Virus record (IMG/VR): IMGVR_UViG_3300025154_000063
Location: 1-64,000 of that record
Length of the DNA stretch: 64,000 bases
Direction: 5' to 3' (one strand)
Origin: a virus
The notes under the pieces are model-generated. The model was not told where the DNA came from and did not search any database. It worked only from the letters and a program-made list of their open reading frames with translations. Below are positions 48,556-59,485 of the stretch, one piece after another (the first letter of the stretch is position 1; the number at the start of each line of letters is the position of its first letter). The position numbers and the translations under genes were made by a program.

Positions 48556-49910
48556 TTTATTACCCTTTCAACTGCTTGTTTCCAATTTTCCACGGATATT
48601 GTAAAACCATGTCTCAGCCCGTAGAGTGATATAATTCTATCTGCCTCAACTATATTTAATTTTAACTTAAATATATCTGACTGTAAACATCTGGTGCAAA
48701 CCCCATCTACCAAGACATCCCCCCATTCAGCATGTCCGCACTGTACACAGTCTTCTGGAACACAGGGCTCTAGTGCACTATAGCTACCAACTCTTTTAAT
48801 GCTCACAGTTATCCCTCCCCAAACTTTTCCAGCCACTCACGGCTGTCTTTTCTCAAAGGCTCACTTGTCTCATCCGAACCATTTACAGTGCTAATTATAT
48901 CCTCTGCACCACTTCTAGCAGAACGTAAGTTACAATAAACATCTACAGCATCTTTCACAGCCTTATCTAAACCATGCTCTGCTTCATAGTGCCCACCATC
49001 ACGGTGTACATATGCTAGTAGTATGGATAGCCTATCATGCAGTCTACTATTTTCTGCTTTCAATTCAGCAATTACAACAGCTGTAGCATAGTCATTAACC
49101 CACTTATCATAGGCATCTTCACCGGAAATATTAGTAAGTATTGTTGCTTTATCTCGGTTAAGGTCGTAGAGAAGCCCTTCGGTAGGCTGCCTGATAATAT
49201 CTTTAACAGGCATTCCCATAAGACCTTCCATTCCCTGAAACACTACGTTGCCCTTTTTTTCTTCTTCCAAAACAATTTTCTTAAATTCTTCTGCTCTATT
49301 ACTCATGCTGTCTCCTGTTAACTGCCAGCGTGGTTACTTGTTATCTGTTGGCTGGCACGTCGGCTTGTTTGCGTGGTTGCTTGTGCCCTGTGGGTGCTGA
49401 GGTGGTGATTAGACTAGATTTCCCGGCCCATTTAGGAAGTCTAATAAATTCGTGATAGCCGCTTGAGCAGCTGTGTTGTCCCCTTTAGCCCTAGCCTCAC
49501 GTATTTTTCTTGCCATAAATACAGCAATACGATAACGAATAGAAACAGATTTAACTTTAAGAATATACAATAAAAGTGCCTCAAATAACTTATTGTATAA
49601 CCATAAAAATGGGGCTTTAATTCTATCTAACAGATTCATTTTTTAACTCCTCATCTATAGTATTAAGTAACTTTCCTAACTCACACACTGGGGTGTGACC
49701 AATCCTTGCAGAGTCCTTATATTTCCTACCCCTATCTCCACCACACACGGCGCACATAAATGTTATGGGTGGGACAACTACTACAGGCCACTCCATCTTA
49801 TTATGTGCAAGCAAGTCCCGCAGTTGTCTAAGTAATTTATGACTACTGGACGGGACTGGCTTATGGATAATCTGCAGGGCTTCTTTAAACCAAGCAGGCT
49901 GTGTTATCAT
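48552..49910 (-). other. Four small hypothetical ORFs
   Basis: 48552-48836, 48809-49306, 49409-49639, 49623-49910; coupled junctions. Confidence 0.5.
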
Positions 49911-50980
49911 TTAAACTCACTACCACCTTTTCTAGCAAGATAGGCAGCACTAACACTCTTTAAAACTTTGCGACCAACCTTCCAATGATTAGTCTCATCA
50001 AGAGAACGAATAACAATACCCTCTCTCATTTGTTTGTGGTCAAAGTATGATTGCCCTTCTGTTAGCATATCAACCGTGTGCTGGTTGAATACACCAATAT
50101 ACATTGTTGGCACAGTTGGAATGTTGTGTTTTAGTGAAAATTCCACAACCTTTTCCCAAGGTAGGTAAACACCATTTTCTTTAATATCAAAGATAGCTAC
50201 CTTGATGTCACTAAGACCATACTCTAGGTCTTGAATTCCTTTCCCGTAAACCTCTCCATAGACAATAACACCATTAGGGATTATTTCTTTGAAGTTATAT
50301 TTATCTACTATCTTAGCATAAACATCCATTTCATAGTAGTTTCTTCCCCTGCCTGCCAACTGTACGTTGTGTGAACCATAACAAAACTCATATTTCTTAC
50401 CAAAGAGTAACTTAATTCTAGCAAGAACACGATACCACCAAGGCTGACCAGCATCAATTTCTATTGGCAACCAACCAGCACACCAGTTTGAACCATGGAT
50501 TTTTTCTGTTATTACAACGTGGTCATCTTCTGTAAATACATCAGGAAAATTTTTAATATTTTCCATTTCGAAGTACTTAGAAAAGTGAGGATTCATACGT
50601 TTTCTAGTAGCTCTAGGAGCACCTTGTATAGTACGTTCCGGCTGCACATACTTAGTAATTCCCATTACCTCAGCAACATCATCACCCTCTTTGTATTTTC
50701 CTTTTGGCACAGGCAATACTAGCCCTTGTGACAAGTATCCACGTAGACGAACAGTACCGGTTCTCTTATTACCTTTAAGATAAGTTAATTCGTGCTCATC
50801 TATTAGACTATCTGGGAGAACACAATCAGGTGGAATGAATACAACCAAGTCATCAACTTTGTAGCTATCTTTTTGGATGATACAATTCCAACCCTTTATA
50901 ACAGCAATATCCAATCTATCAGCATTTGGATGTGGCTGTACATCTTTTACTTTACAAACTTCAACAATTAAACTTGACAT
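49907..50980 (-). CDS. ATP-dependent RNA ligase, DRB0094/Rnl5 family
   Basis: N-terminal OB module HPNADRL...LRG-x-LSQG; TEKIHG, GEVYG, FDI, EGIV, LK motifs. Confidence 0.85.
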   Translation of the reverse strand: MSSLIVEVCKVKDVQPHPNADRLDIAVIKGWNCIIQKDSYKVDDLVVFIPPDCVLPDSLIDEHELTYLKGNKRTGTVRLRGYLSQGLVLPVPKGKYKEGDDVAEVMGITKYVQPERTIQGAPRATRKRMNPHFSKYFEMENIKNFPDVFTEDDHVVITEKIHGSNWCAGWLPIEIDAGQPWWYRVLARIKLLFGKKYEFCYGSHNVQLAGRGRNYYEMDVYAKIVDKYNFKEIIPNGVIVYGEVYGKGIQDLEYGLSDIKVAIFDIKENGVYLPWEKVVEFSLKHNIPTVPTMYIGVFNQHTVDMLTEGQSYFDHKQMREGIVIRSLDETNHWKVGRKVLKSVSAAYLARKGGSEFK

Positions 50981-51291
50981 AATTCTCTCCTATATTAAAC
51001 ACACGGTTTTCTCTTGTTCCAAGTCAGCAGCCTCTGCTCCACCCAACCGAGAAGTCCTGCTCTGCAGAGTAGCACTAAACTATTACAGCTTAGTAACTTC
51101 TAGTTTAATGTGGTAAGACAGTTCATTAAACCCTGTTGTTGAATTAATAACAACAGTGCTGCCTTTAGACAAATGTTGATTTGAAAAAACCTGTTCCAAC
51201 AAGTCCACACATTTTCCGGTTATAGTTTCCCTAACTGCAAGAAAGTCTTTTAAAGCACCCATATCTTTAATAATAAATTTTGTTCCCATGC

Positions 51292-51873
51292 TCACTCCTC
51301 TAACATATTTGATTTTTTATCTAAAGAAAAACGGTGAAGGTTTTTATAAGAGATATTCAACGAGTCTTTTAAAAACTCTTTATTATTAATTGTGTCTATG
51401 TCACCTGCTTTCCACAACTTCACATGTGGGCTGGTTAGCCACTCATTTTTATTTATCCACCCACACAGCCACACATTACTAAGGTCAAGCACTGTTGATA
51501 AAAAAGCATAGTAATCAACCTTAAAGTCTGTCTGGTAGGAAAATACTGAGGCATCAAAATGTGGTTTAGGTGTTACACTACGAAGCTTACACTTGACATC
51601 TACAGTTACAATTTTTTCACCATTAAAAAGTGTCAGGTCATATAAACTGGTTTTTTTACCTGAGAAAGCTGCAGAGCTACCAAAGAATTTCTTAAACACA
51701 TGTTCGCCTAGTATTCCTGCCAACCTAACTTCTCTGGTAGTGTATACTGTATTTCTATTTAAGGTTAGCATACTACCAGCGCTTTCAAACTTTTCAACTA
51801 CCTCATCAATGTCTTCCTTAGTAGTCTTATATCTGATAAACCCATTTCCATCTACTGTGAATTGACTGTTCAA
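51292..51873 (-). CDS. PD-(D/E)XK nuclease-like protein
   Basis: GILGE...YDL...VDVKCK...WLCGW. Confidence 0.55.
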   Translation of the reverse strand: MNSQFTVDGNGFIRYKTTKEDIDEVVEKFESAGSMLTLNRNTVYTTREVRLAGILGEHVFKKFFGSSAAFSGKKTSLYDLTLFNGEKIVTVDVKCKLRSVTPKPHFDASVFSYQTDFKVDYYAFLSTVLDLSNVWLCGWINKNEWLTSPHVKLWKAGDIDTINNKEFLKDSLNISYKNLHRFSLDKKSNMLEE

Positions 51874-51877
51874 TTAT

Positions 51878-52384
51878 TTACTCCTGAGATTGCAAACTCC
51901 TCATTCTTACTACAACATCATCATAGCTGAATGGGTAAAAATTATTTACATCCACACCAACATTCATACACTGACCATTTTTAATTACATAGTTATTGTG
52001 AATGTGCCCATACAAGTGCCAAGAACCTTTAAACTTACCATCCCAATCATATATAGGGTAATGACACATAATTATTTTCTGGTGGTTTACATTAAGCTTT
52101 GCATAACTTCCAAGTAGACTTTCTTCTGGCCACAGATTATGCTTATGGTCATGGTTTCCTCGGACAAACTTCTTCTTCCCCTTTAAAAGTTTAAGGTATG
52201 GAGTTGGGTCAACAAAACTAAAGTCTCCTAAAAAGAATACTGTGTCGTTGTCCTTAACAACAGAGTTAAACCTATCTATCATCTGGCTTTGCATTTCCTC
52301 CAGAGAAGCGAATGGTCTGTTACAAATATTTATTATATTTGCGTGGTCAAAGTGTTGGTCTGATGTAAACCACATATTACTCAT
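51878..52384 (-). CDS. Calcineurin-like metallophosphoesterase
   Basis: SDQH, LGD, GNHD, HYP, GHIH. Confidence 0.9.
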   Translation of the reverse strand: MSNMWFTSDQHFDHANIINICNRPFASLEEMQSQMIDRFNSVVKDNDTVFFLGDFSFVDPTPYLKLLKGKKKFVRGNHDHKHNLWPEESLLGSYAKLNVNHQKIIMCHYPIYDWDGKFKGSWHLYGHIHNNYVIKNGQCMNVGVDVNNFYPFSYDDVVVRMRSLQSQE

Positions 52385-53051
52385 TTTATACCTTCTTTCT
52401 TGTAACCTCCACATAATGTTCTGAGGCTAATTTTGCTTTTTCAGTAAGCTTAACTACTAGTTTTAAGCCACCCTTTTCTTTGTTTGATGCTAGAACACCA
52501 GACTGTTTTATGCACAGGTCTACAAACTCACGAGCTTCACCAATAGCAGTACCTTTCTTAAAGTCAAAAGCAAGTAAGATGTCTGCTCTTTCCTCGTCTG
52601 TCTCAGTGACTTTTAACGAACGCAATAGCTTTCTGTATGCTTCTGTATACTTACTCATTCTTCCCATAATATTCTCCTGTGATAATGTATATTAATTATA
52701 TCATAGTTATTGTTTTATTGCAAGTATCTCTTATGTATCTCCACACCCGCAAGACGAACACCATCAACATTTTTGCCATCCATACGAAACACGTGCCAAA
52801 ACCAGTCTTTAAAAGACCCGTAGTCATATAGAATTTTGTATCCAAACATATAGTTTGTGAGTAGCCACTCCCTTAGTATAAGTAAACGAGTTACCACCTT
52901 TGGTGAGTTTGGTTCATACCATGCCCAATTCCAACCACACACCTTACATACAAACATGCCGTTTGAATATTTCCATAAAAAGTGACCATACCACCAACAG
53001 ATTAGGACGTGTTTTACCACGTCCAACCTGCTTCGTCCCATAATTAAACCA

Positions 53052-53525
53052 TTATTTTTTCTCATATTCTGGCCACTTTCCATCAGCCATTAAGTAACCG
53101 ATGATACCATAGTTTGCCACATCCATAAATGTATCAACTACAGACTCATCCTTTACTAAAGGTTGAATGTTATTTCTTGTTAGATTTAGCATGCGTTCTA
53201 TCTTATCATTAAGTCTGACAATAACACCAACTATCCAAGTTTTAGATAGATTAGCACTCCCATAGTCATGGTTCTTCTGTTTAAACAAACTAAATATTTT
53301 TTGCATTCCACGGAGCATATGCTGTTCTAGCTGAATATTTCCAGATGTGCCATCAGCTAGCAATGCCCAGTCATCAGAAACTTTGGCAATGCTAATTAGT
53401 AACTCTTTGTTACTGATGTTTCTAACTATCTTTTTATACTTTATAAGAGCTATAAGGTCTATATAAATAAACCCCACCAGTAAAATGAAAAGAACAATCG
53501 CAACTACTACCATTTTATCTATCAT
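53052..53525 (-). CDS. Nucleotide-modification-associated domain 1 (DUF1599-like) protein with N-terminal TM
   Basis: KNHDYG, RLNDKIER, ESVVDTFMDVANY. Confidence 0.7.
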   Translation of the reverse strand: MIDKMVVVAIVLFILLVGFIYIDLIALIKYKKIVRNISNKELLISIAKVSDDWALLADGTSGNIQLEQHMLRGMQKIFSLFKQKNHDYGSANLSKTWIVGVIVRLNDKIERMLNLTRNNIQPLVKDESVVDTFMDVANYGIIGYLMADGKWPEYEKK

Positions 53526-53857
53526 CGTTTGTCTCCACTTCCACCAAGCACACCCCGAATTTGTCTATCTGCCAACTTCTGTAAATTAAGTGCAGCAACA
53601 GCATTCAAAGGTATTCCCAAGTCTGTACACAGCTGTGACAGATACCAGAGAACGTCACCAATTTCCGAAGCTATTATATTAATTGCCTCTTGTGAATAAA
53701 AGTCGCCGTCGCTGTCCCTGATAATCTTCTTTATCTTTCCAGCAACTTCTCCAGCCTCATTTGTAAGACCGAGAGCTGTGTAGATTACTTTTGATGATTC
53801 TGGATATATTGCAGTTTCGGCTGCAAGCCTTTGATATGTGTCAAACTCTATTCCCAT
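53522..53857 (-). CDS. MazG-like NTP pyrophosphohydrolase
   Basis: LGL-x-x-EAGEV, EIGDVLWY, N-x-x-KL-x-x-R...GSGD-x-R. Confidence 0.9.
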   Translation of the reverse strand: MGIEFDTYQRLAAETAIYPESSKVIYTALGLTNEAGEVAGKIKKIIRDSDGDFYSQEAINIIASEIGDVLWYLSQLCTDLGIPLNAVAALNLQKLADRQIRGVLGGSGDKR

Positions 53858-54558
53858 CAATTACCTTCCTTTGCCTCGGCTAACCACCTGTAGGCTGTGC
53901 GTGTTGAAACTTGATATATATCTGCGATTACTTCTGGTGTTGCCTTTGAACCACTAGCTTCTAACATTGCTCTTAATTCACCGGAAGCTACATCCTTTTT
54001 AAACTGTTTCTTACCACTAGCATCACTAGTCACAGGGGCTGACAGCCTTTCTGCTTTTCGCTCTGCTTTATCTCTCTCTACAGACTTTATTAATTCGGAG
54101 TGCTGTGTCCTAGTAGCCAACAAGATAGCAGCTGGTATAGATAACAGAGTCAACAGACCCCTTGCAGACACGATGAACCATGGAAGAGCACTATCAGAAC
54201 CTATTAGAGCTGAGTCCAAAGCAATGTTAACCACAATAATAACTGTGAAGTAAGATACAAATGAGACTATTGCTAGCCCCATTGGTGCTTTCTTATATTC
54301 TGCCTTATTTCTCTTATTGTAGCTCCAGAAGGATATGATTGTTGACACAGTTGAGAGACCGAGAATTTCTACTGCTAGGGCTACAAAGAATGCAATTACT
54401 GGTGGGTATGACAGTGTTTGTGTCATGTGACCCCAAGTTGTATATGCAGGGGCTAAAGGAGCAATCCACGGTGCAATCGCTGACAATAAGTTAACTAGAG
54501 AAGCATCACTGTCACGAATGAACCTGTTTGCTCTATCAAAAATGTTTTCATTTTCCAC
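53857..54558 (-). CDS. Multi-TM membrane protein with C-terminal HTH
   Basis: Four hydrophobic helices, coiled coil, IADIYQVSTRTAYRW. Confidence 0.6.
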   Translation of the reverse strand: MENENIFDRANRFIRDSDASLVNLLSAIAPWIAPLAPAYTTWGHMTQTLSYPPVIAFFVALAVEILGLSTVSTIISFWSYNKRNKAEYKKAPMGLAIVSFVSYFTVIIVVNIALDSALIGSDSALPWFIVSARGLLTLLSIPAAILLATRTQHSELIKSVERDKAERKAERLSAPVTSDASGKKQFKKDVASGELRAMLEASGSKATPEVIADIYQVSTRTAYRWLAEAKEGN

Positions 54559-54827
54559 ACTATTATGCCTCCTTTCCTACAAAGATGCTGTTTATTGTTA
54601 CATCTTCTGATACTTCTACAGGAATATACTTATTACTAAATTTTATTGTCTTAAGCTCACTGCCAAGCAGGTCTGCTATATTTACTTCTATTAGGTCAGG
54701 CAACATGTTGTATTTTTTAACATAATACTCTACAGCAATTAAGATTTTATCTGTAAACTGCTGTAGAGTCTTGTTTTTGCCTGTCCACCATAGCATATAT
54801 ATTATTGTCTTTGGTGGAGTTGTCATA

Positions 54828-55472
54828 TTAGTCCTCCCAAGGGAGTAACTGAGAGCCCTGTTTTACCGGCAAGCCTGCAATATTGCCAAAGTTAACTTGT
54901 TTACGTGCACTAACGTGCTTATCAGCCAAAGTCATTGGCTTATTTGGTGCTACTTTGTTAAAATTATTTGAAACATTTCCTATATATGGCTTATGTGCTG
55001 TTGGTGTAGTAGTAACTTTCCTATGTGTATTTCCTCCAGCCACAGTTTTAAGACTTCCTGACTTACACAGCGCCCAAATTAACATTTTCTCAGGGGCAAT
55101 ATCCATAACAGATGCCATTAAAACAAAACCAAGTAAGATAAATGGGGAGTCAAGCAACTGTGAAATGGTCATTCCACGACCAGCAGTAAGCCCAAGGATA
55201 TTTGTGAAGATTGAATAGGCATATCCTAGTAAACCCAGACCATATAAGGCTCTTAAAACCTCATCATGCTTGATGTCTTTAACATCAATTGTGTTAAAGA
55301 TAAACTCAAGGATTGTCATTGTAATTGCAAGGGCAATACCAACCCAAGCACGACTTGCAATAAATGAAAACCCGTCTTTTGAAAAAGCCATACTACCAAT
55401 TAAGACTACTACCGATGTTATTGCTGCAATGATTTTTAAAACTGTTAGATAGCTTGTTTTACTAATGTTCAT
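54828..55472 (-). CDS. Multi-TM membrane protein
   Basis: Four hydrophobic segments; GGAGG SD; promoter 55495-55529. Confidence 0.6.
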   Translation of the reverse strand: MNISKTSYLTVLKIIAAITSVVVLIGSMAFSKDGFSFIASRAWVGIALAITMTILEFIFNTIDVKDIKHDEVLRALYGLGLLGYAYSIFTNILGLTAGRGMTISQLLDSPFILLGFVLMASVMDIAPEKMLIWALCKSGSLKTVAGGNTHRKVTTTPTAHKPYIGNVSNNFNKVAPNKPMTLADKHVSARKQVNFGNIAGLPVKQGSQLLPWED

Positions 55473-55534
55473 TTTGTTCCTCCTGTTTTAATTTACATTA
55501 ATTATATCATAAACTGTACTGGGTGTCAAGAGTA

Positions 55535-55897
55535 TTATCCAACTTCACATAAAGAAAAGTCACAAACAGAGCAATGCTTACATCCAGCCTCTTTAATTAA
55601 AGCCTCTCCACACACGGGGCATAGGTCTTTCTTAATATTCTTTGGGGTAAGTACTTCTACCTGCCTAGACTGATTTCTGTACACAGTTATACCCTTAATG
55701 CTCGGCATATGATATGCCATCATAAACATTTCAGCAACCGTTGAGCGCCTAGTTAGCTGTGGGCAGTTAATAGTTTTCGAGACACCGGCATCCACGAATT
55801 CCTGTGCTGCTTCAAGTGTTAATATGTGTTCTTGCCATGTTACTTCTTTACCCCCATTACTTGACACAGCGCAGCGGAAGTGTGGAGCAGATGCCAT
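55535..55897 (-). CDS. nrdJ: Class II ribonucleotide reductase, C-terminal portion
   Basis: VDAGVSKTIN, KGITVYR, terminal CPVC...GCKHCSVC; in frame with the upstream part. Confidence 0.75.
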   Translation of the reverse strand: MASAPHFRCAVSSNGGKEVTWQEHILTLEAAQEFVDAGVSKTINCPQLTRRSTVAEMFMMAYHMPSIKGITVYRNQSRQVEVLTPKNIKKDLCPVCGEALIKEAGCKHCSVCDFSLCEVG

Positions 55898-55918
55898 TGG
55901 ATGTTCTATTTGATATGT

Positions 55919-57226
55919 TTATGTTTTATCTGCACGTTCCATGATTTCAGAAAAGATAGGTTCAATACCAGACGAACAACCAGCCAAAATTGAAATAGTA
56001 CCCGTTGGTGCAATTGATAGGAGTGTTACATTCCTACGTGGTTTTGGCATACTGATTGTATTCTTTGGTTGACCAAATATCTTGCCCAAATAGATAGACT
56101 CTTCCTCGGCAATTGCTGCAATACCACCCATTACTTGAGACAAAAGACCAATAGCTTGTTTAGAACCATAAACTATTCCAGATTCTAATAAGCAGTCTGC
56201 ATATCCCATGATACCAATACCAATACTACGGTTATCCTTTGCCCACTGTGCAATCTCTGGAGTTGGATAAGAATTAACAGAAACAACAGCATCTAAGAAA
56301 CGTGTAGTAAGACGAACAGTTTTCTCAAGAAGCTCATAATTTATCTTTCCATCTACCATGTGTTTTGATAGGTCAATACTCGCCAGATTACACACCCCAT
56401 ACTTAGGAAGTCCTTGTTCACCACATGGATTTGTTGCATCTATTACTTGTGCTGAGTAAGTATATGGTGATTTATTTACTTTCTCTTTAAAGATTAGGCC
56501 AGGCTCACCATTTTCCCATGCCCCATCAACAATTAAATTAAACACGTCACGAGCTTTTAATTTTTCATAGCTTATACCATTAAACTCTGTATAGTAGCTA
56601 CTATCAGATTCAACAGCTGCCATAAATTCATCATCTACCATTACCGAGATATTAGTATTTGACATAATACCTTCTTGTGTTTTGGCAGATATAAATTTTA
56701 GAATATCTGGATGCCTGACTGACATAACCCCCATCATTGCCATAGCCCTAAACCCAGACTGTGTTATTACTTCCATATCTTTACAGATTGTGCTGAAAAA
56801 CCCAACAGGCCCACCTGAATATCCATGGGCAGAACCAGAAACTTTTGAACCTTGCGGACGTATATTAGACAAGGTAGTACCACATCCACCACCCTTACGG
56901 GCTATTTTTGCAAAGTCATACTTTGTTTTATAGATGTCGTCAATCGTGTCATCAAACGGGAGAACAAAGCAGGCTGATAAACCACCATTTACTGTACCAC
57001 TATTAACAAGTGTTGGTGAATTTGGTAACATAAACCTGTGGTATAACATGTCCCTTGTTTCGTCAAAGTCTATACCACCTTCTGGAAATACATGAGCCAT
57101 TACTCTATCTACAACTTGACTCCACCTCCACTCCCCTGTGTGGAAATATCGTTTCTTTAATACATTTTTAGATACATCATCCAACCTGCGAACAGGTTTA
57201 TATTTTGGGCCTGCTATACTATTCAT
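55919..57226 (-). CDS. nrdJ: Class II ribonucleotide reductase, N-terminal portion (ends at in-frame TAA)
   Basis: PNSPTL, SACF, GGG-x-G, NPCGEQ, CNLASI, APTGTIS, SSGIEP. Confidence 0.85.
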   Translation of the reverse strand: MNSIAGPKYKPVRRLDDVSKNVLKKRYFHTGEWRWSQVVDRVMAHVFPEGGIDFDETRDMLYHRFMLPNSPTLVNSGTVNGGLSACFVLPFDDTIDDIYKTKYDFAKIARKGGGCGTTLSNIRPQGSKVSGSAHGYSGGPVGFFSTICKDMEVITQSGFRAMAMMGVMSVRHPDILKFISAKTQEGIMSNTNISVMVDDEFMAAVESDSSYYTEFNGISYEKLKARDVFNLIVDGAWENGEPGLIFKEKVNKSPYTYSAQVIDATNPCGEQGLPKYGVCNLASIDLSKHMVDGKINYELLEKTVRLTTRFLDAVVSVNSYPTPEIAQWAKDNRSIGIGIMGYADCLLESGIVYGSKQAIGLLSQVMGGIAAIAEEESIYLGKIFGQPKNTISMPKPRRNVTLLSIAPTGTISILAGCSSGIEPIFSEIMERADKT

Positions 57227-57471
57227 CCTCAATTACTTCCTTTATTAATTCACTATAATTGGATAACCAATTCTTTGCAGCCGATGTGTCAACACCCTCA
57301 AGTATAGCCACAGCCACGATTAATGCCAGCGCTAGCCTATTTGCTTTTGCATCTTTAATTGAAATACACTGCATGGCAGCATCCATACTATCCCACTCTG
57401 GACTACTAACTTGTATGCCATCCATGTAGTCACAAAAGAATTTATCTAAAGCATCTACAGGCTCTTCTGAA

Positions 57472-57828
57472 TTACTCATCTTCTACCTCAACCTCACACT
57501 CAGCACAATCTAAAAAGAACTTACAAAAGTCGTCCAATGTCATTGACACTATACTCTGCCCATAGCGCCAACCCTTTTTATGTATAACAGATATAGGCAA
57601 CTCACCCTTATCTTCTCTTGCTATACGTGCTTGTTCAATAGCATTTACAATTAAACCAAAAGAAGGGCTCTTACTATGTTTTATTTCTACTGATAGTGGT
57701 GCAGATGTAATAACGTCTGACTTACCACCAGCTCTAAAGCGCTGTTTAAAGTCAGCTCCCCTTCTTTGACCATCAGGAAAATATTTTGCAATCTCCCGCT
57801 CAACCTTTTTCCACGTCTTATCAGTCAT
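57472..57828 (-). CDS. Hjc-type Holliday junction resolvase-like nuclease
   Basis: WKKVEREIA...SDV...VEIK. Confidence 0.65.
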   Translation of the reverse strand: MTDKTWKKVEREIAKYFPDGQRRGADFKQRFRAGGKSDVITSAPLSVEIKHSKSPSFGLIVNAIEQARIAREDKGELPISVIHKKGWRYGQSIVSMTLDDFCKFFLDCAECEVEVEDE

Positions 57829-57993
57829 CTTCTTCATCCTCATAAACAAAGAACAACCCTTCCTCATTCTTGAAGAAAAAGCTGTCTCTATCATAATTAT
57901 CAAAATAATGAAGTGCTCCACTTGCTGTCACTTCCTCAACTGTAACCACATCCCCAATGTAGTTTCCGAGCGTTTCACAAATTATTCTAATTT

Positions 57994-58383
57994 TCATAGT
58001 AATTCTACAATTGGTTTTGATGGAATAATAAAGTGTGGATTTATAGGAGTTTTATTAGCTTGTTTTCTAATATGCTCTATCCATTCCATTTCCAACTTTG
58101 GTACGTCTCCCTTAATTGGGTGTGGATGATGCTTTCTACAAACGCACATAAGGTTAGTATAGTGTTCCCTATAATCTCCGGCAACAATACCCCTACCAAA
58201 TACATGGTGTACTTCTTCTCTATTCACTCTTAGACCGTCAGTAAAATAACAAACAACACACAGGCTGTTATCACGACTTATAGCTAGGGCTGCTTGTACA
58301 CGTCTGTACTGAATTAATTCACTGTGTTTTGTCTTTTGTTCTGCTATCCTATCTGACTTTTTTGGTTTTGGTGATGGGGGCAT
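57994..58383 (-). CDS. HNH-fold nuclease
   Basis: RD-x-x-LCVVC...EVHHVFGR...NLMCVCRKHH. Confidence 0.7.
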   Translation of the reverse strand: MPPSPKPKKSDRIAEQKTKHSELIQYRRVQAALAISRDNSLCVVCYFTDGLRVNREEVHHVFGRGIVAGDYREHYTNLMCVCRKHHPHPIKGDVPKLEMEWIEHIRKQANKTPINPHFIIPSKPIVELL

Positions 58384-58588
58384 ATGTTACCTTCTTTACG
58401 TTAATTCGTTTGTAGGTTAAGCCTCGTCGCTATTACCCATGAGAGAAAGAATTGTCTGCATAGCTTGACCACACAGATTATCCAACTCCTCTTTACCTAT
58501 CCCCTTTACTTCCGCCGCCATTGCTACGGCTGCGGGAACGGTCAGGTCAATAGTTAAACTAGCATTAATACCTTCCATAAGTTGATAC

Positions 58589-58900
58589 TTAAGTTTTGCT
58601 TTCATCTGACCTCTTTCCAAACTTTGTTACCTTGCTAGTGTCAAGTGGATAACTTTTTATATTCCTGCGGATTATCTGTGCCTGTCTAAATAGTTTTTGA
58701 ATTTCAAGGACTAAATTTACTCCACCTAATGTAGTAGTTTCACCAAGTTCTGATAGCTTCTTTGCTGCCAAGTAAGCAGCTGCCAGAGATATAAGCAAAC
58801 TGGCTGACGGGTCAGTTGCCTGCTTGTCGTCAGCCAGAGTGGATACCTTATTGATGTCTACTTCATACTGCTGGCTAGAACGGAAACTCGTCTTCGCCAT
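58589..58900 (-). CDS. Hypothetical protein
   Basis: Overlaps SSB end; coupled to 58417..58607. Confidence 0.5.
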   Translation of the reverse strand: MAKTSFRSSQQYEVDINKVSTLADDKQATDPSASLLISLAAAYLAAKKLSELGETTTLGGVNLVLEIQKLFRQAQIIRRNIKSYPLDTSKVTKFGKRSDESKT

Positions 58901-59324
58901 CTTGAGTACCGAAGTCTTCTGTGAATTGCTCTTCTTCGGTTGCAGTTTTCTTGGCAGCGGGTTTAGAATTTTTAGCACCAGAGTAGTTTTCATCTTTTGC
59001 AAACTCTGCAACTGTGAAACTACGAATTAAGAAAGAGTGACCATACTTTGTCTCACCATCTTTCTCATATTTGTAGGTGCTATAAATAGCACTGACAAGA
59101 ATTTTTGCACCCTTCTTTGCAAGCTTGGCTAAGTTTTCAGCAGTCTTTCCGAGAGCTGTTAACTGAACCCAAGTGGTTTCTTTAGTCCACTCATCATTGA
59201 CTTTCTTTGCCATGTCGAGAGCAATGCTACAGGTGGCACGCATAGTACCATTTGGCGTGTGTTGAACCTCAACATCCTTGCCAAGTCGACCCAAGAACAT
59301 ACAGTTATTTAACAATTCATTCAT
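58875..59324 (-). CDS. ssb: Single-stranded DNA-binding protein
   Basis: GRLGKD, TTW, AE..KKG, acidic tail EDEFPF. Confidence 0.92.
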   Translation of the reverse strand: MNELLNNCMFLGRLGKDVEVQHTPNGTMRATCSIALDMAKKVNDEWTKETTWVQLTALGKTAENLAKLAKKGAKILVSAIYSTYKYEKDGETKYGHSFLIRSFTVAEFAKDENYSGAKNSKPAAKKTATEEEQFTEDFGTQDGEDEFPF

Positions 59325-59365
59325 TTTTTATTTCCTCCGTTTAGGGTTAGTTTATGACTTACGAT

Positions 59366-59450
59366 ATTAATTATACACTATATTTACATCTGTGTCAAGG
59401 GGCAATATTTTTATCCCCTTGCAATTATTTTGTTTTTATGGTATAATTAT
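59366..59450. promoter_or_regulatory. Divergent promoter pair at the strand switch
   Basis: Minus TTGACA-17-TATAAT (59398-59370); plus TTGCAA-17-TATAAT (59419-59447). Confidence 0.8.
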
Positions 59451-59485
59451 ACCATTATATATTCTATTTGTAAAGGGTGTGTGTA

